Under the pieces are notes generated by a model. It was not told the origin of the DNA. It ran no database searches and saw nothing but the letters and a program-made list of their open reading frames with translations. From a virus, in IMG/VR virus record IMGVR_UViG_3300030328_002321, positions 21,959-85,958 of that record: a stretch of DNA of 64,000 nucleotides; one strand, written 5' to 3'. The translations under genes were made by a program, and so were the position numbers. Below are positions 25,456 to 35,927 of this stretch, piece after piece; positions within the stretch are counted from its first letter, which is position 1, and the number at the start of each line of letters is the position of its first letter.

Positions 25456-28400
25456 TTATATGCTTCTTGTGGTGTTTGTGATTTAGTTAGTCCCCTAAAT
25501 ATAGGTAATAAGTCTTCAAAATCTTTTCTTATCTTACGATCTCCTTTTTCGTATCTACCTGTCTTTCTTTGATAAAAAATTTCTTTTTGGTCCCCTAGCC
25601 CTATTGCATATGCTCCTTCACTTAATAGTTGTGATAATAATTCTCCACCTTTTAGGATTGGTCTAGCTGTTGCTGTAGGAGACTGTAGTATTCTAAATGC
25701 TTCTTTTGTACCTACCAGCGGTGTCCATTGCATAATTTCTGTTTCATATCTTTTAGCTTGGTATAGTGCAAAATTAGATAGCCATGTTTCATCTTCATCG
25801 TCGAGATCTGCTAAGAATCCTACTAACACCATAGCTCCTAATAAAGATGATAGTTCTACTGCAGTTCTTTTAACGTTTTGCTGTTCCATTTCAGTCATTC
25901 TGTTATAAGCAAAAGACTTATCTTCTATACTTTCTTGTATAAGATTCCAAAAAGATACATACATACCTTGTGTAACTGCTCCAAGTTCTTCGTCTATATG
26001 TATAGTAGAACCTCCTAGGCCCCCATGTCCGTATCTTCTTCTAAATCCAGGTACCATCCAGTTACGGAATAACATAAACAATTTACCCCACCATCTTCTT
26101 TGTAGCATGTTAGTATGCATTTTACTCTTTATCTGGTTAGTTCTTCTACTTAATCCTTGCAGTTTCATTATAAAATCTAATCTACTAAAGTTAGCTACTC
26201 TAGGATCTACAGACATTTTACCTGTCTTTTCATCTATTATAAGTAAATCATATAAATTAGCCGGTTTACCATTTTCATTCATAATAACATTTCCGTCACT
26301 GTCTTCTAATTTACCTTCTAAATTTTTCATTAATGCTAGCATTCTTGTAGCAGATAATTCATGTTCAGCAGCTTGTTGTAAAAATAATAGATTACCACTA
26401 CTTGCAAGTTTTCTAGTTTTACCACCAACAATTTGATTGCCTTCAGTGTCTGTAAATTCTGTCAATGCATCAAAAAATTCTACTGCTTTTCCTATTTTAC
26501 TTTTTGGATCAAATCTACCTATATCTGTAACAGCCATCCCTGAACTCCAATATTCTCCTTTAGCCCATGCAAGATCTCCTTTTGACATAAATTGTCCCGC
26601 AACACTTTCTTGCATCATCATCATATTATCTAATATAGACTGGTTAGCACCTTGTAATAAGTTAAAAGATAAAGTACTTATTGCAGTAAAAGCATTTAAC
26701 GTTCCTACTGCTTCATTAGCAGAAAATGTTTTACCAAATACTGTAAAGTCTTTTTGTAGATTAGTTTGTCCAAACATTACAGAATCAAGCCATTCTTGTA
26801 CATGTTTAAAATTATAACTTTCTCCTTCTTTTAATTTAGCCAGAGGTATACCCATCTGCTTTGCGGCTTTTTGTAGTATTTGTATTCCTGCAGAGTTAGT
26901 TTCTAAAGTTTTTCTATTTTTTAAAATATCTTGGAAAAGCATAACCTGTCCAACAATTTCACTTTTAGCTTTAAAATTGTGTGCCATATGTCTAAATCTA
27001 TACAAACTACTAGCAACATCTTTAGAAACTTCCGAAGCTGGTACTCTATTAACTGCATAAATTGGGACCCTTTTTTCTACATCTCTATTATTTTCATTAT
27101 AAGTATAATAATCATGATTAGTGTCCTGTATAGTAAATCCATCCTTTAGTTTATCATCTATTGTATTCCAAATACCTTTTTCTTTTAATCTATCAACATC
27201 TTCTTTTCTATACGTTGGCATTAAATACGAGTATTTGTCCCACCCATTTTTATCCATTTGCTTAAGGCCAATCATTCTTTGCGCTGTTTGAAACTCTTGT
27301 ATTATAAAGTCATAGTATTCTTTTAGTCTAGGATCATTTTGGATAGCTGTATATCTTTCGTTTGTATATTTAGAAACTTTAGGTCTAATCCAATCCCCAG
27401 CTGGTTTCTCATTTATAAGATTTTTATTTAAAATTCCTTCTAATGTATTTTTACGAGTACGCGCATTTGCTAAAGCTTCTGATGTAAGATCTTTTTTAGC
27501 TTTTAATTCTGAAATAATGCTAGCTTGTATTTTAATTTCTTTTTTTATTTGATCACGCTCTTTTTGCCATCCCGGAATAGGTTCTGTATTTTCTTGGTTC
27601 CATTCAGATAATTTTTGGTAATATCTACCTCCTTTAGACTCATTATTTCCCCAACTGTTTAAATCTTTCTTAAAAGATGCATAATTAACTTCTCCTTTAT
27701 CATTAGTATAATCTTCTTTTCTAGGAATACCATATTGTTCTCCTAATCTAATTTTTTCTTCTTCTAAATCTTTATAATATCTTTCACTGTCAATTGGATT
27801 AACTAGTGCTAATCTTTTCATACCATTTACTTCTACAACTTCTAAAACTGGATCATTTAACTCTTCTACATTTGACTCATTTTGACCGGCTGCAAATCTT
27901 TCATATATAGGTGCTAACTTAGATTTTAAATCTAATGTCATATCGTTTGATTCTAAATTAGCTTGCTGTACTGCTTTAACTAATAACTGTATTCCTCGAT
28001 CACTAGAGTATACAATTGGATCAAAATAATAAGAAGCGGCACTTTTATCTTTATGCGCAGCTCTTAGTTCAACAACAAGATCTTTATAGTTTTTAAGGTC
28101 TTTTTGTTTTAATTGTTCAATATATAATTTTGATTTCTTAAGTTTAAATTCTTCTTTTGTAAATTCTCCCTTTCTATATCTATCTTGAAGTTCTATATAC
28201 TTTAAATCCGTTGGATCAATTCCTTTAGATCTAGTAAATTCTCTTGCATTATCTATCTTTTTTTGTATATCTGCTGATAAATCTTTATGTGTAAATCCAA
28301 TTAAACTTTGCGCTAACATAGGAAGAACGTTATCACTAAATTCAAGATCTAGTGATTTTGCTTCGTCTAAAATTGCATTTACTCTTTCTTCTAAAGTATT

Positions 28401-29855
28401 AAACTTTTCTATAGAACGTATCTCATCTGCAGATTTTTTTGCTTTTCTTCTTTTAGTAATTAATAAATCTTTTATACTTTGAAACATTTCTAAACTATCT
28501 AATTGTTTCTTAAGCTCCCACATTTTTTGTAGATTTTGTGTAGTACCTCTTTCATCTTCAGGTATTGACATAATCTCTTCATACTTACGTTCTGTTCTAT
28601 TGAAAGCATCTCCCATAGCATTTACAAGATCTAATAAATCTTCTACTTGTGAAACTCTTGTTAAACTATTTTCTAGTCTTCGTAATGTTGTTAATTGATC
28701 TTCATCAATTTGATCTTCAGGTAATTTTTGTAATTCAAATAACTCTTGTTTTATTCTAACACGAGCATTGTCAACTAATTCTTGTAGCTTGATTTCTTCT
28801 TTACTAGCTTGAACATACGGACTTAAAGGATTTATCATACCTTCAGCTCTTAATTTTCCTGCAAACATTTCTTCTGCAAGTATTGCAGCTGTATTAGGAC
28901 TAACTCCAAATAATTTACCTATAGCTCTAAATAATTTATTAAGTAATCTTTGTAGCTTGTTAGGATTTTTTCTAACAATTTTAGCTCCTTCTAGTCCAAT
29001 TGCAGTAGCTAATACTTCTTTATCTAACATTTCTCCTTGTAATTCAGGATACCTTTGCTCTACTTGTTTATATAAATCTGTATCTCTTAGTTCTAGTATA
29101 GCTTGCGCAACAACAGGATCACTTACACCTAATAAATCTATGTATATATGTCCAAACTCATGATATGTTGTATCTTTTTTAACTTTTTCTGGATTAATTC
29201 TTATTGTAGGATTTTGGCCTTCTACATAAGCATCAACTTGTCCAATATTCTCTATACTAGTATCAAATTCTACTTCAACTGTAATTCCTGCTTTAGCAAA
29301 TGATTCTTGTAATTCTCCCGCTACTCTATATGCATTTTTAAGTTCTTCCTCTTCTAAGTTAGAAAATTTACTATTACTAGTATTTTCTCTTCTTGCTAAT
29401 TCATCTAAAAATGCATCATCACGTTCTGCTCCTGGGACTTGTTCTGGAGCTACAAACCTTAAGTACTGATCTATTTCTGTTTGATTATCACTAGTAATAT
29501 CTGCATTATTTGGACCTTCAGCAGGTATCTCTTTTAAAAGCGCTTCATTTATAGTTAATACATGTAACTCTGCCGCTGGAGAATAAATTGTTTGAGGAGT
29601 CATTTTTACATACTCTGTAGAAATTAATCCTGGATACTTATTATTTATTCTTTTAATATCTCTAAGCGCAGATCTAAAATTACTTTGTTGTACATAAATT
29701 GTACCTTTATGTTTTTTAGTAGCTATATTATGGTCTCTTAATATTCTATGTAGATTGTTTACAGTTTTCTTTTCTGGCGCAGTAGTATCCATATACCCAA
29801 ATAAATCTGTGTATAATTTACTTTCAACTCCGTTTAAATAATATTTACATGCCAT
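25434..29855 (-). CDS. Virion cargo (ejection) protein with a zincin motif
   Basis: 1473 aa; HEFGH...E zincin motif; hydrophobic C-terminal segment; adjacent to the vRNAP as in crAss-like phages. Confidence 0.8.
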   Translation of the reverse strand: MACKYYLNGVESKLYTDLFGYMDTTAPEKKTVNNLHRILRDHNIATKKHKGTIYVQQSNFRSALRDIKRINNKYPGLISTEYVKMTPQTIYSPAAELHVLTINEALLKEIPAEGPNNADITSDNQTEIDQYLRFVAPEQVPGAERDDAFLDELARRENTSNSKFSNLEEEELKNAYRVAGELQESFAKAGITVEVEFDTSIENIGQVDAYVEGQNPTIRINPEKVKKDTTYHEFGHIYIDLLGVSDPVVAQAILELRDTDLYKQVEQRYPELQGEMLDKEVLATAIGLEGAKIVRKNPNKLQRLLNKLFRAIGKLFGVSPNTAAILAEEMFAGKLRAEGMINPLSPYVQASKEEIKLQELVDNARVRIKQELFELQKLPEDQIDEDQLTTLRRLENSLTRVSQVEDLLDLVNAMGDAFNRTERKYEEIMSIPEDERGTTQNLQKMWELKKQLDSLEMFQSIKDLLITKRRKAKKSADEIRSIEKFNTLEERVNAILDEAKSLDLEFSDNVLPMLAQSLIGFTHKDLSADIQKKIDNAREFTRSKGIDPTDLKYIELQDRYRKGEFTKEEFKLKKSKLYIEQLKQKDLKNYKDLVVELRAAHKDKSAASYYFDPIVYSSDRGIQLLVKAVQQANLESNDMTLDLKSKLAPIYERFAAGQNESNVEELNDPVLEVVEVNGMKRLALVNPIDSERYYKDLEEEKIRLGEQYGIPRKEDYTNDKGEVNYASFKKDLNSWGNNESKGGRYYQKLSEWNQENTEPIPGWQKERDQIKKEIKIQASIISELKAKKDLTSEALANARTRKNTLEGILNKNLINEKPAGDWIRPKVSKYTNERYTAIQNDPRLKEYYDFIIQEFQTAQRMIGLKQMDKNGWDKYSYLMPTYRKEDVDRLKEKGIWNTIDDKLKDGFTIQDTNHDYYTYNENNRDVEKRVPIYAVNRVPASEVSKDVASSLYRFRHMAHNFKAKSEIVGQVMLFQDILKNRKTLETNSAGIQILQKAAKQMGIPLAKLKEGESYNFKHVQEWLDSVMFGQTNLQKDFTVFGKTFSANEAVGTLNAFTAISTLSFNLLQGANQSILDNMMMMQESVAGQFMSKGDLAWAKGEYWSSGMAVTDIGRFDPKSKIGKAVEFFDALTEFTDTEGNQIVGGKTRKLASSGNLLFLQQAAEHELSATRMLALMKNLEGKLEDSDGNVIMNENGKPANLYDLLIIDEKTGKMSVDPRVANFSRLDFIMKLQGLSRRTNQIKSKMHTNMLQRRWWGKLFMLFRNWMVPGFRRRYGHGGLGGSTIHIDEELGAVTQGMYVSFWNLIQESIEDKSFAYNRMTEMEQQNVKRTAVELSSLLGAMVLVGFLADLDDEDETWLSNFALYQAKRYETEIMQWTPLVGTKEAFRILQSPTATARPILKGGELLSQLLSEGAYAIGLGDQKEIFYQRKTGRYEKGDRKIRKDFEDLLPIFRGLTKSQTPQEAYKWFTTLD

Positions 29856-29858
29856 ATA

Positions 29859-32800
29859 TTAACACTTTTTAATTATTGTATCTCCTTCTTCTACTTTTTG
29901 ATCTTCTGTTTGCTGTTCAAAGAAAAAAGTATTTGGTAATCTTTCTGTGTTGGTAGCACTTAGATTAAAATCAAAGACACTTTTATTTTCTATTTTTGTT
30001 GTTCCTACTTCTAAAAGTTTATTAGGAACTCCTAAAGGTGATAATTGTTGATAGGTAGAATCTCCTATATATACATACAATAAATCAGTTCCTTTTGCAT
30101 TAAAATATTGTAAATATCTTCCACCTGTAAATACTTTAGGATCTTCTGGGCTAAACTGTACCTTTCCTTCTGCTACATCTCTTGCCTTTATTTTTACTGC
30201 AGGTACAATAGGTTTTCCACCAATTAGTCTAGTACCATAGTTTCTTACAAACTCGTGTGTAAAGTTACTAAAACCTGAGTAATTAGGATCAACTAATTGC
30301 TGAATTTCTTGTTCAAAAAATTCTACAGGTGAGCCTTGGCCCGGATTTAATATATCTGTTGTAAATACTTCTGATGGTATTAAGTCTATATAACTACCAT
30401 ATGTAGGAGAAAATCCATTTGTTAAAAATTGGTTTGCTACTAAAAGTTTTCCAAAACTACTTATTTTAGGTATTGGACTATTTATCATCATAAGTAATCC
30501 ATTACTAAGTTCATTTTTATCAGCTGTAGATAAATCTGTACCAGTATCTAATATTATACGTGCTATTTTTGTTTCTGGATTAGTAGAATCTTCTCTTAAT
30601 AATCTATAAAATGGATTATTATTTAGTTCTGGATATTGTAATCCTAAAGATCTCATTAATAGTACTATGTTGTTTGGATTACTAGGAGTATATAAATTTG
30701 ATATAACTCCTCTAGAAAGTAAACCTACTTTTTCTCCTCGTTCTATCATTAAAGGACTGTGCGGTTGAGTCATAATAGATAAGTTTAATGCTCTATCTAT
30801 AAATTTATGTTGAGCTGCAGTAAGAATATCTATGTGTAGTGCTTCTCTAATTTTGTCTTTAGCTTCTTTAAAAGAATTGCTATTTTGTATAAAACCTAAA
30901 GTACTCATATTGTCTAGTACAATATCAAGAATTCCTCTGTATGCAACTCCTGTGTGATTTTGTGGTTCTGAAGTTCCTTGTTGATGTAATATATAGTCTT
31001 TTGCTCCTCGTACAAGACTTTCTCTCCCTAAATAAAAAGATTCTGTGTCTAAATGATTATTAATAGAAGAGATTTCATTAAGATTATCTAGATTTCCAGG
31101 TGTAATTATTTTATTTACCTTTTGTAAATGTTTACCTGCCATATAAAATTTTGCAAAATTTATTAAAAGTCTATTATCAGGAATACTGTTTGATGTTAAA
31201 GAATCAAAAGTCATATTAGTTACTACTTCATCTTTCATATCTATAGAGTCTAATAATTTATTTTCCGAAGTATCTTGTCTAAAACCATCTCTAACTAATT
31301 TTACAATTGCTGGCTGAGTTAAAAACTCTACTACTGTTGGAATTGGTACACCAACCATTAGCATTAATCCTGCAACAGGTATTGTATATTTATTATCATT
31401 TATATCTAATTGTATAGGAGATTTTGAAGCGTCTACAGCGGCAGATAAATACTCAGAAATATTTGCATCAGTATATTTACCTTCTAAATCTTTTGTTACA
31501 ATTTCAGACATTGTTACCCCATCAATAATAGGAGAAAACGTTCCTTCTATTCCTAAGACTCCTAATACTTCTGCTACATTTCTACCTGCAAGCATGTTTG
31601 ACCACAGACCTCTACCTGCAATACCTACTTTGTTTCTAGTTTCCATTCGTAGTTCTGATAAAGGATCGTTATAGTCTACAGCTTTACTAGATGTAGCTAA
31701 TCTATCTAGTGTAGTATTTGACACAGGAGTCATAACTTCTTCTAAATGCTTTTTATCTAAAAGTATAGTCTTAAATACATTATATATAATGTTATTTCTT
31801 TCTTGTCTTTCACTAAGTTTACCTGTTTCTTTAAATATAAGATGTAATTTATCTATATCAAAATCACTACCTTGTTGTATAGTTAAGGCCCCAGGAACCA
31901 TAATAGCTTTTTCATACTCTTGTGGTAAAAAGTCTACAACTCTAAATACCATTGCAGAGCTCTTACCTTGTTGTGGTATACGATACCCTATAAACTCTAA
32001 TCTAGGATCTCCTTCAAAGTCTGCAGGTGTTGCCTCTCTAGGGTTGCCTTCTTCATCTTTAAAACTTTCTAGTTCTTTTTTTGTAAATCCAAGAGTGCTA
32101 GCTTTTATTCTTACTTCTGCTCCTCCATTACTACCATTATACATTTGTAGTTCTCCACTACTAGCAAATCCTCCTAGTTCTGCTACTTGTACTGCTTCTA
32201 CGCCTTTTAAATTTTGATTATAAATTTCTTTACGGAATATTCCTGCAACCATTGTTTCAAACTTAGATGTAAAGTTTGGAAAACTTAGTGGTATTCTAAA
32301 TTTGTAATCAAATGGACCATTAGGCACTATATCTAACCCATCTAAATAGTTTTGAGGCAGGTCTTTATCTTTAATTTCTTGTTCTATCCTACTTCTAAGT
32401 TTCTGTAAATGTTCTAACTTAGCTTCTTTATGTTCTATACTTTCTTTATTTTGTATATTTAGTACTTTAGTTATCCCTAATTCTCTTTTTACTCTTTGTG
32501 TATCTTGCTTTATGTTTTCTGCTATAGCTTCCCCAAACAGTTCTTGTAGCATAGCCCCCGATATATTCTTTCCTTCATAAGAATACATTTCATTCTGAAA
32601 CACGTTAGTAATAATATTTTTTCTTATTTGTCTATTAAATACAACCTCATTCTTTTTTTCTGTAGGTATCATTTGTGGAAACCTAAGCTTAGTAGAATCC
32701 ATAACCATTGGATTAGAAGTATCTAATATTTTAGAATTTTGAAAGTCTTGTATATTAATTCTTGCTCCTTTTGTAGCAGTTTCTGTATGTACTACATGTA

Positions 32801-35800
32801 TATTATCTTTTGATTTAAATGCTTTAAGAATTTCAGATAAATATATATCGTTTTTTGCAAGTTGTGGAGTTACTACCATATATGAATTTTTATCCATATG
32901 CATAGTACTAAGATTATCTTTTACATTTGCTTGCTCATGATATGGCTTTAAAGGTATAACTGGTCTATTAAAATCACCACCTTCTTGGTATATTTTATAT
33001 GCAGCTTCATCTAAATTCATGTCCCATTTACCCATACCCATCATAATCCCGCGGTACATTTCTACACTAATAAAAGATTGAGCATCTGATTTAACTGTAT
33101 TTGCATATAACTCAGCTAGTTCTCTTTGTAGTCCATTATTAATTAAAGTTTGTACAAAAGCATCTGATTGTTCTCTGTCTGTATAGTTAAAATCTCTTAT
33201 TACTAATGCATTATATTGTGGCATCATACCATACTGCGTATTGTTTTGATCAAAACCTTGTATAGCTAGTTTGTTTCCAGGTGTATTTACAAGCCCCATA
33301 CGCTTATAAAAATCTGCATCGTTTTTTGCAAATGAATATCCACCTCTTATAAATTTAGTTATTTCTATTCTACTTACAAAGTCTTGAAAAACAAATTCTT
33401 TTATAAACTCACGTTGAGTATTGTTACTATTTAGATCATTACTAACATCTTGTTGTAAATTAATATTATATTCTTTTATAGCTTCCTCTAGTTGAGTTTC
33501 ATACTCTTTTAGTTTGCCTTTAACATATTGAACCTGTTCTGCTAATAATTTATTAAATGCTCTTAAATCTGTTTTATTTGTATCTACGTTTGGATCATTC
33601 TTACTTAAAAAATTCTCTAGTAAACTAGACATTCTATCACCATTTACTTCTATATCTTGTAGTCCATATATTTGTGTCATAGTAAAAGCAGAACCATCTG
33701 CAGCATAAGGAGAACTTCCTTTTTTATAATGATAACCTTCTATTAACTTTGAAAAATTATCTTCTTTTCTAGCTTGTTGTATTTGTTTATGTGCTTGGTC
33801 TATTCTAGCAAGATCTTGTATTATAAGTGCTTCTATTATTTCATCATTTTTTAAAGTAATTCCAAATTGTTTTAGTTTATTTATTTTAGCTATTTGTGTA
33901 AAACTTAAATTTGGACGATCCGCTTGTATGTGTAAAGCAGATAAAGAAAAATTACTACCTTTATTTAAAAATCCTATAAGTCTTCCTACTAAAGAATCTC
34001 TAGAATTTTGATCTTCATAGTCTTTGGCTTTAAATGTGTTTGATTTATATGAGTCTAATATGTAATTTACAAAATTTTCTTTAGCATTTCCTTTAGACGT
34101 TAGTAAAGTTTGAAGTAATAAAGATCTATATTTATTGTTTTCAGGTCTATTATCAGGTACAAATAAAGGGTCTTTTTGTAAATTGTTTAAATAGCTATTT
34201 AATTCTTCTCTTTGTTGAGGATCATTAATTAATTCGACAAGTTCATCTAAAGAAGTTGGTGTGTTAATAGGATAGTAAGCTTTGTTTGTACCGCTAATAA
34301 AAGTTCCAAAAGGTTTACTGTCAAATAGTATAGACAATTCAGCAAGTTTTTTAATTATAGTAGTTTCTTCTATATGAAAGTTTTCATTAGGTGCATTTTC
34401 TAAATATAATAAGAGTTTACCTAAATTTTGATTAGGGCTAAACACAAGCTCAGAAAAAAGATCTCTTCCAGTAAGTCCTACTTCATTACCATTTTCATAA
34501 TATAGTTTTAAATTTTCTCTTGTAGAGTCTAGAGTAGGTCCATAGTTTATTCCTAATTCCCATAAATATGTTCCTAAAGCATCTATTTGTGCATCGCTCC
34601 ATTCAGATAAACTACCTTGCGCTTGTTTTACAACATTCCAAGCATTTTTAATACGGTCTAGTTTTTCAGGTTTAACTGTAAGCACTCCATTAATTTCTTT
34701 ATATGGAGCTCTTTGGTTTTCTGTTATATATTCTACAGAATTATTTCTAAAATCTTTTTGAGATCTTTTTGTAACACTACTTTGATTAGAATTAATAATT
34801 AAGTTTTTAAAAGAACCGTCTTCTTGTTTTACTTTTTTAAACATTACAAATGTTTTATAAGTATTTTTAAAAGCTGTAAATATAGCAGCCTTTTGTCCTG
34901 AATTTAATCCTACTAGTCTTTCTGTAATTGCTTTTACTTCAGGTTTGTATACTGAATAATAATCTAGCTTAGATACCATAGCTTCAAAATTTGGTTGGCC
35001 AACCGCTGCTTCTGAGATAATAGCTACTACTCTAGATAAAGGAAGAGTTTCAGGGTATCCTAAAATGTTAGTTCCTACTTTAATATTTGTTAAAATGCTT
35101 TTAGCTCTAGAAGATAGTTTCTTTTTAGGATCTTCTTGTACTTTAGATATATTATAGACTCTTATAAACTCTTCGTCTATTTCTTCTATAAGAGAACTTT
35201 CATCTCTTATTTTTAAATTTTGTGAAGATAAACTGTCTTTTAAAAGGTCCTGTACTCCTACTGTTTGTATATTTCCTAATGCATCATATTTAGTGTCCCA
35301 TTGATCGTATGCACTTACAAAAACATCCCAACTTTGCCCTAATTCTATATTTTCATCTTCTATCTTTTTTATAAATTTATCATAGCCGTTTTCTCCTGAT
35401 GTTAGAGTGTCATACAATTCTTTTGCTTTTTCTATAGTAATACTATTATTAAATGCTGCTAGCAAAGTTTTGTTTTTTATAGCAGTAATTAAATTACCAC
35501 CCATTTTATATCCTACTTTTGTCTGTATACTATTTGCAAATCCCACTAAAGTATTTAGCAGTGCAGATTGTATCTCCATATTTTCTTTTTCAGATCTATT
35601 TAAATCAAGAATTTTATTTTTTTGTTTATTTGCTAAAGCTACATAAAATGATTTTTGCTCAATATTTATAAACTCGTATGTACCTATACCCTGAAATAAT
35701 TTAGGCTCATTATTTTCATCTAAGTTATTAGAAAATTGTTCTATTTGAGTTATACCTTCTTTTTCAAAGTCAAATTTATAAAACTTTTTAAACTCTTCTC

Positions 35801-35927
35801 CATATATACTTTCATACACAGCTTCTGCTTGTGCATTAGATCCTAAAGCATCTCTTAAATCTTTTAAAAGTTTTGAATCTTTACCATTAGGTAATATGGC
35901 TCTACCGTTTTCTATTCTACAACTCAT
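29859..35927 (-). CDS. Virion-packaged two-barrel RNA polymerase
   Basis: 2022 aa; YRIPQQGKSS and GSDFDIDKL catalytic loop as in phi14:2 gp66; also DAQSFIS, LKP and AAVDASK. Confidence 0.93.
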   Translation of the reverse strand: MSCRIENGRAILPNGKDSKLLKDLRDALGSNAQAEAVYESIYGEEFKKFYKFDFEKEGITQIEQFSNNLDENNEPKLFQGIGTYEFINIEQKSFYVALANKQKNKILDLNRSEKENMEIQSALLNTLVGFANSIQTKVGYKMGGNLITAIKNKTLLAAFNNSITIEKAKELYDTLTSGENGYDKFIKKIEDENIELGQSWDVFVSAYDQWDTKYDALGNIQTVGVQDLLKDSLSSQNLKIRDESSLIEEIDEEFIRVYNISKVQEDPKKKLSSRAKSILTNIKVGTNILGYPETLPLSRVVAIISEAAVGQPNFEAMVSKLDYYSVYKPEVKAITERLVGLNSGQKAAIFTAFKNTYKTFVMFKKVKQEDGSFKNLIINSNQSSVTKRSQKDFRNNSVEYITENQRAPYKEINGVLTVKPEKLDRIKNAWNVVKQAQGSLSEWSDAQIDALGTYLWELGINYGPTLDSTRENLKLYYENGNEVGLTGRDLFSELVFSPNQNLGKLLLYLENAPNENFHIEETTIIKKLAELSILFDSKPFGTFISGTNKAYYPINTPTSLDELVELINDPQQREELNSYLNNLQKDPLFVPDNRPENNKYRSLLLQTLLTSKGNAKENFVNYILDSYKSNTFKAKDYEDQNSRDSLVGRLIGFLNKGSNFSLSALHIQADRPNLSFTQIAKINKLKQFGITLKNDEIIEALIIQDLARIDQAHKQIQQARKEDNFSKLIEGYHYKKGSSPYAADGSAFTMTQIYGLQDIEVNGDRMSSLLENFLSKNDPNVDTNKTDLRAFNKLLAEQVQYVKGKLKEYETQLEEAIKEYNINLQQDVSNDLNSNNTQREFIKEFVFQDFVSRIEITKFIRGGYSFAKNDADFYKRMGLVNTPGNKLAIQGFDQNNTQYGMMPQYNALVIRDFNYTDREQSDAFVQTLINNGLQRELAELYANTVKSDAQSFISVEMYRGIMMGMGKWDMNLDEAAYKIYQEGGDFNRPVIPLKPYHEQANVKDNLSTMHMDKNSYMVVTPQLAKNDIYLSEILKAFKSKDNIHVVHTETATKGARINIQDFQNSKILDTSNPMVMDSTKLRFPQMIPTEKKNEVVFNRQIRKNIITNVFQNEMYSYEGKNISGAMLQELFGEAIAENIKQDTQRVKRELGITKVLNIQNKESIEHKEAKLEHLQKLRSRIEQEIKDKDLPQNYLDGLDIVPNGPFDYKFRIPLSFPNFTSKFETMVAGIFRKEIYNQNLKGVEAVQVAELGGFASSGELQMYNGSNGGAEVRIKASTLGFTKKELESFKDEEGNPREATPADFEGDPRLEFIGYRIPQQGKSSAMVFRVVDFLPQEYEKAIMVPGALTIQQGSDFDIDKLHLIFKETGKLSERQERNNIIYNVFKTILLDKKHLEEVMTPVSNTTLDRLATSSKAVDYNDPLSELRMETRNKVGIAGRGLWSNMLAGRNVAEVLGVLGIEGTFSPIIDGVTMSEIVTKDLEGKYTDANISEYLSAAVDASKSPIQLDINDNKYTIPVAGLMLMVGVPIPTVVEFLTQPAIVKLVRDGFRQDTSENKLLDSIDMKDEVVTNMTFDSLTSNSIPDNRLLINFAKFYMAGKHLQKVNKIITPGNLDNLNEISSINNHLDTESFYLGRESLVRGAKDYILHQQGTSEPQNHTGVAYRGILDIVLDNMSTLGFIQNSNSFKEAKDKIREALHIDILTAAQHKFIDRALNLSIMTQPHSPLMIERGEKVGLLSRGVISNLYTPSNPNNIVLLMRSLGLQYPELNNNPFYRLLREDSTNPETKIARIILDTGTDLSTADKNELSNGLLMMINSPIPKISSFGKLLVANQFLTNGFSPTYGSYIDLIPSEVFTTDILNPGQGSPVEFFEQEIQQLVDPNYSGFSNFTHEFVRNYGTRLIGGKPIVPAVKIKARDVAEGKVQFSPEDPKVFTGGRYLQYFNAKGTDLLYVYIGDSTYQQLSPLGVPNKLLEVGTTKIENKSVFDFNLSATNTERLPNTFFFEQQTEDQKVEEGDTIIKKC